From: a virus
Lineage: Duplodnaviria > Caudoviricetes
Strand: one strand, 5' to 3'
IMG/VR virus record: IMGVR_UViG_3300010354_000127
Location: 1 to 51,327 of that record
DNA: 51,327 nucleotides
The position numbers and the translations under genes are program-made. Positions 17,378 to 23,803 of the stretch are shown one piece after another (positions within the stretch are counted from its first letter, which is position 1; each line of letters begins with the position of its first letter). The notes beneath the pieces are model-generated. The model saw nothing but the letters and a program-made list of their open reading frames with translations, ran no database searches and was not told the origin of the DNA.

Positions 17378-17470
17378 GGTGGGCTGATCGCTCACCACGC
17401 CGCAGCGCCGCGCGACTCAGTGCGCCGCGCCGCTGAGCGGCGCATCGCACCGGGCCCCCGCCAGGGGGCC
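17378..17470 (+). ncRNA. Pentamer-repeat unit 5
   Basis: 5' hairpin GGTGGGC-tgatc-GCTCACC; cacGC cgcAG cgcCG cgcGA ctcAG tgcGC cgcGC cgcTG agcGG cgcAT cgcAC; then CG and hairpin GGCCCCC-gcca-GGGGGCC. Confidence 0.78.
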
Positions 17471-17495
17471 TCATCAACCATCACTCACTCCAGCC

Positions 17496-17741
17496 ATGAC
17501 TCTCGCCGCTGCCCAGCAACGCCTCCTGGAGGCGCAAGCCGAACTCACACGGCTGCAGGCCCAGCAGTTCCACGGCATCGGCCGCCAGGTGCGTGATGCG
17601 ATGCACCGGGTCGCGTCTGAAGCCGTGCCTGAGATCAGCGTCATCGCTGGCGGGCTGACTCCCTATCAGCGGGTTGCGATCGAGGGGGTCCTGCAGCGCC
17701 GCATCTCGGACAAGCTGGCCGCCATCGCCGATGGCGCCTGA
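17496..17741 (+). CDS. Hypothetical helical protein
   Basis: 81-aa ORF directly after unit 5. Confidence 0.6.
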   Translation: MTLAAAQQRLLEAQAELTRLQAQQFHGIGRQVRDAMHRVASEAVPEISVIAGGLTPYQRVAIEGVLQRRISDKLAAIADGA

Positions 17742-17778
17742 TGCTGTATCAGCAGCGCACACTTATCACCCAGATCGC

Positions 17779-18165
17779 TTGCGCTGCAGTCGATGTCTTA
17801 TTGAGAACCGCTGAGAATGGCCGATTGTGAACGGATGTAACGCAGGCCAGTGTGACACCTGTGGAAATCGAGTTCTCCACAGGTACGCCCGTACCAGTTC
17901 GGCCAGATCCCTTGCGCCGCAATGTATCTCGGCTGTGGTACGCCCGTATCATTGGGCCTCATTCGGTATCGCCCTGATACCAACGCTGCAACGCCTTGTG
18001 CCAATTTCGGCCCGTTCCGTGTGCAGCGAGTGTGCCAATTTTTTCTGATAGTGCCACTTGCTCACCGGCACACGCACCGGCAGACCCGTTGCGCTGCAGT
18101 CGATCTCGCCGATCTTGGTACGCCCGTACCAGCCGCGTCGGCGCCGCGTCGTGCAACGCCTTGCA
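17779..18165. promoter_or_regulatory. Non-coding region rich in repeated palindromes (putative protein-binding sites)
   Basis: GGTACGCCCGTA(C/T)C at 17882, 17937 and 18117; TTGCGCTGCAGTCGAT twice; further inverted repeats. Confidence 0.55.
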
Positions 18166-18197
18166 GCACATTGGAGCGGTCCCACGCACCACCCCCC

Positions 18198-18386
18198 ATG
18201 GGCGTCATCGCTGACACGCTCCGCGCCTCGCTCCGCGAAATGGCCGCCGCCGACGCGCGGCTCTACCGCGGCCTCGCCGCCGAGCTGGCCGACGCACCGG
18301 CCGCCCGGCCGGCGCTCCCAGCCGACGAGATCGCGGCCGCCATCGCGCTCCTCGAGCGCCACGGCTACACCGTCACCCGGCCCTGA
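18198..18386 (+). CDS. Hypothetical protein
   Basis: MGVIADTLRASLRE...; Ala-rich, 62 aa. Confidence 0.55.
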   Translation: MGVIADTLRASLREMAAADARLYRGLAAELADAPAARPALPADEIAAAIALLERHGYTVTRP

Positions 18387-18445
18387 GCGGGCCGCACACG
18401 GGGCGCCCCCAGGCGCCCCGCCGACCACCCCCCCCGGAGGCCGCC

Positions 18446-18685
18446 ATGGCTGACACCACCACCGACATCGCCGCCCTGGAGGCGGAGATCGCCGCCATCG
18501 AGGCGGAGCACACCGCCACCATGGCGCGGGTTGACGCCCTGCTGGCGCGGCCGATCCCGGCACGCCCGGCCACCACACGCGAGCGCATGGACGCGCTCTG
18601 GGCCGGCGTGCGCCAGCTGGAGCGCGACAGCCGCGTGCAGGAGCGCTACCAGCGCCGCATCGCACGCGCCATCGACGCGCTCTGA
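18446..18685 (+). CDS. Hypothetical coiled-coil protein
   Basis: GGAGG upstream; 79 aa. Confidence 0.6.
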   Translation: MADTTTDIAALEAEIAAIEAEHTATMARVDALLARPIPARPATTRERMDALWAGVRQLERDSRVQERYQRRIARAIDAL

Positions 18686-18709
18686 GCGCCCCCACCACCC
18701 CACCACGCC

Positions 18710-19060
18710 ATGACCACCCCCACCGACCGCGAGGCCGCCATCCAGGCGGCGCTCCTCCGCAAGCGAGCCGAGGCCCAACGCCGCTCCCGCGCGCGCCGTG
18801 CCGGCCTGCTGGAGCCGCTGCCGCGCTGCCAGTGCGGCGCCCGCTGCTACACCGACCGCTGGCTGCCGCTCTGCTCCACCTGCGCCCGCAGCGCCGGCGT
18901 GGACCGGCTGGGCTACGTGCGGCCTGGGAACCAGCCACGCGCGCGCCGGCTTGCCGCTGAGCAGCTGCTGGCCCAGCTGCGCGCCGAGGCCCGCGCGGAG
19001 GCGCCTGTTACGAACTGCGACGACGCCACCCCGGACCGGCTGACCCAGCCGGTAGGGTGA
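18710..19060 (+). CDS. Hypothetical Zn-finger-like protein
   Basis: CQCG...CSTC. Confidence 0.55.
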   Translation: MTTPTDREAAIQAALLRKRAEAQRRSRARRAGLLEPLPRCQCGARCYTDRWLPLCSTCARSAGVDRLGYVRPGNQPRARRLAAEQLLAQLRAEARAEAPVTNCDDATPDRLTQPVG

Positions 19061-19125
19061 CCGCATCGGCAGGCCGAGCGCGCCGCCGACCCAACCACAT
19101 CGCCCGGCACTGGCCGGTTCAATCC

Positions 19126-19461
19126 ATGACCACCACCACCGTCCTGCGCACCCTGCGCACCGTCTGCATCGTCACCGGCCTCGCCCTGGTGGCCGCCGCC
19201 CGCTTCATCTGGGCCCACCGCGCCGAGATCCGCGCCGCCCTGGTCCGCGCCGTCGCCATGCTGATCGTGGCGGCCCAGCTCACCTACGAGGCCGGCTGCT
19301 GGACCCGCCGCACCATCGAGGCCGTGAACCAGCGCTCCGCCGTGCTGCTGCCCCAGCAGCCGCTGCCCGCCGTCGCGCCTATCACCGCCACCATCCAGGC
19401 TGCCCGCGAGGCCCTGGCCCGTCTGGTGGCCCGCCTCTATCCCCAGCCGATCAACGCCTGA
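19126..19461 (+). CDS. Hypothetical membrane-associated protein
   Basis: Hydrophobic N-terminal segments; ATG at 19126. Confidence 0.55.
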   Translation: MTTTTVLRTLRTVCIVTGLALVAAARFIWAHRAEIRAALVRAVAMLIVAAQLTYEAGCWTRRTIEAVNQRSAVLLPQQPLPAVAPITATIQAAREALARLVARLYPQPINA

Positions 19462-19524
19462 TCGAGAGCACAGCGGCCTGGTGCCCCTTCAGGGCCGCTA
19501 CACTCGGCTGGGACGTGAGCTCTA

Positions 19525-19556
19525 CCCCCGGAGTGCAGTGACTCCGGGGGCTTTTT
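19525..19556 (+). terminator. Rho-independent terminator where the two transcription directions converge
   Basis: CCCCCGGAGT-gcagtg-ACTCCGGGGG followed by CTTTTT. Confidence 0.85.
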
Positions 19557-19993
19557 CATGCCCACAGCTCGCGTGGATCCTTGCCGGTGGCCATCATCCG
19601 GCTCAGCCGCTCGGCGCGCTGGCCGACCTGTCCAGCCCACCGGCTGTCAAGCATCATCGTCGCCGCCTGCTGGTACTGGCCCGCCTGCACGGCCGCCAGC
19701 GTGCGCTTGAAGTTCAGCAGCCCGACGATGCCCAGGTTGAAGGCCATGTCGAGCAGCACCCGCTGGCGCACGTCGTCCAGGCGCGTCACCCATGGCAGCG
19801 CCCGCTGCAGCTCCCGCTCCATGTCGGCGATGTCGTTGGCCAGCAGCATCGCGGACTCAGCGGCGGTGATGCCGCGGTCCTCGAGGTTGCGGCCCACGCC
19901 GATCGTGAGCTTGCCGGCGGTACAGCGGTAGGGCTTCAGCCGCTCCCCCTCATGCAGGCGGAGCTGGCGCACCATCGCGTCGCGGTTGATCAT
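19556..19993 (-). CDS. T4-type lysozyme (GH24) endolysin
   Basis: LRLHEG..LKPYRCTAGKLTIGVGRN, DMAFNLG, MLDSRWA.QVG.RA. Confidence 0.92.
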   Translation of the reverse strand: MINRDAMVRQLRLHEGERLKPYRCTAGKLTIGVGRNLEDRGITAAESAMLLANDIADMERELQRALPWVTRLDDVRQRVLLDMAFNLGIVGLLNFKRTLAAVQAGQYQQAATMMLDSRWAGQVGQRAERLSRMMATGKDPRELWA

Positions 19994-20178
19994 TTGCCGC
20001 GCAGCCGATCGAAAGGGCTCCGGGGCTTCCGGGGCTCATAGGGATAGGCGCGCATCGCGGCGCTGATGATCAGCTGCAGGATGCTGTTCGACCGCAGCTT
20101 GCTCATGCCGATGATCTCGCTGGCCACGAACAGGCCGAAGCCGATCGCGGCCTCATGCTGCGTCAGATCAATGTCCAT
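19990..20178 (-). CDS. Small membrane protein, holin-like
   Basis: Hydrophobic GFGLFVASEIIG segment; inside the lysis cassette. Confidence 0.55.
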   Translation of the reverse strand: MDIDLTQHEAAIGFGLFVASEIIGMSKLRSNSILQLIISAAMRAYPYEPRKPRSPFDRLRGK

Positions 20179-20190
20179 GCTGGTTCTCCT

Positions 20191-20907
20191 TCAGTGTTGA
20201 GCAATGATCGCCCAGCCGGTGCCGGGCCCCTCGACCATCCAACGATGGGCGAGGTTCTGGCGGGAGTAGCGCAGGCGCGCCCCCCAGTTGTTGACGTAGC
20301 CGCCGTTCAGCAGGTCCAGCTCGCCAAACGGGTCGTGCACGATGATGCTGTCCGCGTCGTAACCGATCGCGCAGATCCAGTGGCCGCCGCCGGTCGGTGC
20401 CGACACCAGGCCCTTGTGCAGGATCCCCAGCGGCACCGGGATGCCGCGGTCGATCTGTCCTTCGATCGTCTTCCAGTCGCCGGCCTTCGTCATGCTGGCC
20501 GTGACGCCGAAGCTGGCCAGCGCCTTCAGCTGGGCACCGGCATCGGTGGTGTCGCCGTAGCGCAGCACCCGGCCCAGGTAGGCGTCGTCACCGTTCGGGC
20601 CCTGGAGGGTGCCGGGCCGGAGCGCCTCGAGGAGCATCGCGCAGCTGGAGCTGAAGCACATGCGCAGGGCATGTTCCGTCGCGCTGTCGCGCTGGCTGAA
20701 GAACGGCACCCGCAGCGGGTTCGTCACCTCGGGCTTCTCGGCCGGGGCCTGCGCCGCCTGCCAGGTCTCATACCAGGCCGCGTCGCGCTTCTTCAGGCTG
20801 GCGGGCACCGCCTCCCAGAACTGGCAAACCGCGGCGCGCTGATGGGGCTGGCCCTTCCAGTTCTCGAAGAACGGAATGATGTCTGGCAGCAGCTGCTCAT
20901 CGCTCAT
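20191..20907 (-). CDS. C39-like cysteine peptidase (putative second endolysin)
   Basis: VPFFSQRD, CFSSSCAM, GGGHW..AIGY and HDPFG (Cys-His-Asp). Confidence 0.8.
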   Translation of the reverse strand: MSDEQLLPDIIPFFENWKGQPHQRAAVCQFWEAVPASLKKRDAAWYETWQAAQAPAEKPEVTNPLRVPFFSQRDSATEHALRMCFSSSCAMLLEALRPGTLQGPNGDDAYLGRVLRYGDTTDAGAQLKALASFGVTASMTKAGDWKTIEGQIDRGIPVPLGILHKGLVSAPTGGGHWICAIGYDADSIIVHDPFGELDLLNGGYVNNWGARLRYSRQNLAHRWMVEGPGTGWAIIAQH

Positions 20908-21163
20908 CGGCCTGTGCTGCAGGGGGATCGCCAAAGTGTAGGCGTGGGCTGATGGCTGTCACCAGCAGCGGGATCAGAAGGCTCAAGATCAGGCAAGCGC
21001 CGACGATCTTGCCCAGCGCCGTCTCGACATTGCGGATCCGGTCGAAGGCCGTGTTCATGTCCTCCCGCTTCTGGATCAGCGACAGGCTCATCGCATCGAG
21101 CTTGCCCTCCAGGCTGCCGAGCTTGTGATAGATGTCGCCGTGCGAGACCTCGTGCTCCGGCAT
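20897..21163 (-). CDS. Coiled-coil protein with one transmembrane helix, holin-like
   Basis: LGSLEGKLD...RIRNVE followed by a hydrophobic helix; first gene of the lysis cassette. Confidence 0.55.
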   Translation of the reverse strand: MPEHEVSHGDIYHKLGSLEGKLDAMSLSLIQKREDMNTAFDRIRNVETALGKIVGACLILSLLIPLLVTAISPRLHFGDPPAAQADER

Positions 21164-21191
21164 CGGGGATTGCTCCTCTTCAGTGGTCAAG

Positions 21192-22607
21192 CTACTTGAG
21201 GCGCCAGTATTCCGGTGTGCGCCCGTAGTAGCCGGCATAACCGCTCGGCGACGCCACCCAGCTGAAGGTGCCACGGCTGGAGCTGTTGCTGATGATCGAC
21301 CCGTCGCGCTGCACGATCCCGATGTGGGGGTATGGCGGGCTGCCGTTGTCGCGCATGATCGCGATGGCGCCAGGCTCTGGGCCGCTGAGCAAGGTGCCGG
21401 CACCACTGGCCAGCACCGACCGAGCGGTGGGCACGTAATTGCTGCTGCCCCAGGGGGGCGTGATGCCCGCCTTCCTCAGTACCTTGTTCACCGCATAGAG
21501 GCAAGCGTTGTTGCCGCCATCGGGGCCGCCGCGCGTGTTCATCCCACGCGAGCTCGCGGCAGCATCCGCCACCGCCTTGGCCTTCACGCTGGCTGGCTTG
21601 CCGTTGTTCGCCCCGCTGCCGCCGGCCCACTCGCTGTTCTCCTCTCCCTTCGTCCCACAGTCGACCGAGGTGGTGTAGCCGCCGCTGGAGAGCTCATGGG
21701 TGATCTGCTTGATCACCCACGTTCCATCCACGTACTGCCTGAACCCCTTCAGCGTGATCTCGCCGTCGGCGTTCAGCTCTGGCCGGCCTGGCATCTTCAG
21801 GCTGATGCGCACCTCGCCCGACTTCAGTGACTGCAGCCTGCTCTCGGCAGCCTTCTCCGCCTCCTTCTCGTCGCGGAACAGGTGCTTCTCCTCGAACACC
21901 GGCAGCGGCCCCTTCGCCCCGAAGGTCTTGATCTTCTCCTTGTTCGTCTTGCGATCCAACCACTTCACCTTCACCTGGCCATAGGCCCCCCGGTTCTTGA
22001 GGGTGCAGCGCCAGTCGGTCACCTCCGACAGCGTGACGGTGAAGGCGCCCGCGCCTTCCGATCGTGGCGCCAGGATCAGCTTCCCGTCGGCCGGCTTGAT
22101 CGTCGCCTTGTTCTTCTCCGCCAGCCTGGTGAGGAAGCTCTGGTCGCTCTCGTTCGTCTGGTCCTCATGCTTGATGACCGTGCTGCCGACGTTGCCCTTG
22201 ATCACCACCTGCAGGCCGTTGCGCTTGCCGATCTCCTGCGCGATCTGGGCCAGGGTCTTGCCATGCCAGCTCTGCGTCCGCTGCTCCTTCACCAGCTCCG
22301 GTGCGGTCTGGGCAGCCGTGGCCTTGATGACCATCGACCTGGGCCCCATGCTCAGCTCCACCTCATCGATGGCGTAGCTGCCGAAGTAAATCGGCAACCT
22401 CCCGTTGTCGCTGTAGCCGAGCCAGACCTTCAGCCATGCGCCGGAGCGCGGCACCGGCAGCAGGCTGTCGCGATCGTCGAGGGCGATCTCCAGGCTGTCG
22501 CTCTGCTGGCCCGCCTGGTCGTTGATCCGCAGGCTCAGCAGCCGATCAGCGATCGCAGCCGTCACATCGGTGCCATCGGCCTCGATGCGGAATGCCGGCG
22601 TGCTCAT
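21192..22607 (-). CDS. P2 gpD-like baseplate hub with C-terminal CHAP/NlpC-like domain
   Basis: RLLSLRINDQAGQQSDSL, DQTNESDQSFLTRLA; C-terminal NACLYAVN...HIGIV. Confidence 0.85.
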   Translation of the reverse strand: MSTPAFRIEADGTDVTAAIADRLLSLRINDQAGQQSDSLEIALDDRDSLLPVPRSGAWLKVWLGYSDNGRLPIYFGSYAIDEVELSMGPRSMVIKATAAQTAPELVKEQRTQSWHGKTLAQIAQEIGKRNGLQVVIKGNVGSTVIKHEDQTNESDQSFLTRLAEKNKATIKPADGKLILAPRSEGAGAFTVTLSEVTDWRCTLKNRGAYGQVKVKWLDRKTNKEKIKTFGAKGPLPVFEEKHLFRDEKEAEKAAESRLQSLKSGEVRISLKMPGRPELNADGEITLKGFRQYVDGTWVIKQITHELSSGGYTTSVDCGTKGEENSEWAGGSGANNGKPASVKAKAVADAAASSRGMNTRGGPDGGNNACLYAVNKVLRKAGITPPWGSSNYVPTARSVLASGAGTLLSGPEPGAIAIMRDNGSPPYPHIGIVQRDGSIISNSSSRGTFSWVASPSGYAGYYGRTPEYWRLK

Positions 22608-22816
22608 GGATCCCAGATCCGCAGGGTGGTGGTGGTCTCAGGCTGCTGCAGATCCGGCAGCACGATCGTCAGGCCCTCGGGCAGGATCGGCATCAGCTCC
22701 GCCAGGTTCTGGTTGGCGGCCAGCACCGCCTCGACTGTGCCCTGCGTGCGGCCGTAGTACCGGTGGCAGATCGCATCCACCTCATCGAACTGCCTGGTGA
22801 TGTAGCGCTGTGCCAC
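22604..22816 (-). CDS. P2 gpX-like tail protein
   Basis: DAICHRYYG..VEAVLAAN..LA...LPEGLTIVLP..LRIWD. Confidence 0.9.
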   Translation of the reverse strand: MAQRYITRQFDEVDAICHRYYGRTQGTVEAVLAANQNLAELMPILPEGLTIVLPDLQQPETTTTLRIWDP

Positions 22817-22817
22817 G

Positions 22818-23801
22818 TCAGCCTCCTCCGGTGAGCTGAATCAGGGGCCGCAGGGTGTCCGTCACCTTCGGATCGACCTTCAGGATCTCGCCCAAGGTGG
22901 CGGTGCTGTCGAGCAGGGTGCTCACCGACTGCAGATCCTCCGGCTTCGCCAGGCCCGACGCCTGCAGCGCTGGCGCACCCACCAGCGAGGCTGCCTCGAG
23001 CGCGATCGCCATCCCGGTCGGGCCGTTGCCGGTGGCATAGGCCTGAGCCAGGTTGGCGGCGTTGATCCCGATCTGTGCCCAGGCATCGTTCTGGTCGACG
23101 TTGATCCCCAGCACGCCCATGGTGCCGAGTGCCGCGCCCACATAGTCGCCGCTGGAGATCTGGCCGGCGAGCCTGATGCCGGTCTGGGCGATGCTGGCCA
23201 GCTGGCCCAGGCCGAAGCCTGCCTGCGTCGCCTGCTGGGTCAGCGCCTGGAAGGGTGACTTCTGCGTCCAGTCGACGAGGCCGAATGAGCTGCCGAAGCC
23301 GGTGAAGTCGAGGGCGCCAGCCGGCAGCTGCAGGCCCTGTGCGACGAAGCCGGCCGCGGCGCCGAGGGCCGGCGCGACGCTCAGCGGGCTGGCGGCAAGG
23401 CCGGGGTTGTCGTCGGCGTAATAGACCAGCTGCACGGAGAACGTGATCTGCCTGGCAGCACCACCCGGGGCGAAGACGCCGCGGCCCTCACGCAGCTGCT
23501 TGATCGCCCACTTCCCGTAGATCCTCCCCAGGCCGTCGGAGAGCATGAGCGGCTTGCCTGCGCGCGCGATGGCCCGCAGCTCCTCGACGGTGCCCTGCCG
23601 GCCGCTGAAGCCTGGGTAGAGCACCCCCTCCATCGTGATGTCCTGGGCGCCAGGCCCGAGGAACTGCTGAGCGGGATCGCGCAGCAGCCGGCCCTGTTCC
23701 TCCCATCGGTAGGAGGCGTCCCAGTCGAGGGTCTGGGGTGCGCCGTTGAGCAGGGAGAACTGGAAGTCGCCGAGCTGGTAGAGCGGTGTGGTGCTGCTCA
23801 T
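22818..23801 (-). CDS. P2 gpU-like tail protein with long C-terminal extension
   Basis: LGDFQFS, YRW..Q.R, QFLGPG..ITMEGVLYP, GRIYGKW. Confidence 0.85.
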   Translation of the reverse strand: MSSTTPLYQLGDFQFSLLNGAPQTLDWDASYRWEEQGRLLRDPAQQFLGPGAQDITMEGVLYPGFSGRQGTVEELRAIARAGKPLMLSDGLGRIYGKWAIKQLREGRGVFAPGGAARQITFSVQLVYYADDNPGLAASPLSVAPALGAAAGFVAQGLQLPAGALDFTGFGSSFGLVDWTQKSPFQALTQQATQAGFGLGQLASIAQTGIRLAGQISSGDYVGAALGTMGVLGINVDQNDAWAQIGINAANLAQAYATGNGPTGMAIALEAASLVGAPALQASGLAKPEDLQSVSTLLDSTATLGEILKVDPKVTDTLRPLIQLTGGG

Positions 23802-23803
23802 GA

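Noticed and set aside
15731-17470. Canonical CRISPR array or simple microsatellite
   Set aside because: There are no 25-45 bp identical repeats with spacers. The varied dinucleotides, similar unit lengths and shared hairpin boundaries argue against slippage repeats.
17019-17596. Arg/Ala-rich ORFs over units 3-5 (17104..17436 +, 17019..17477 -, 17258..17596 +)
   Set aside because: They are by-products of stop-poor CGC repeats; a 5-nt period does not fit codon structure.
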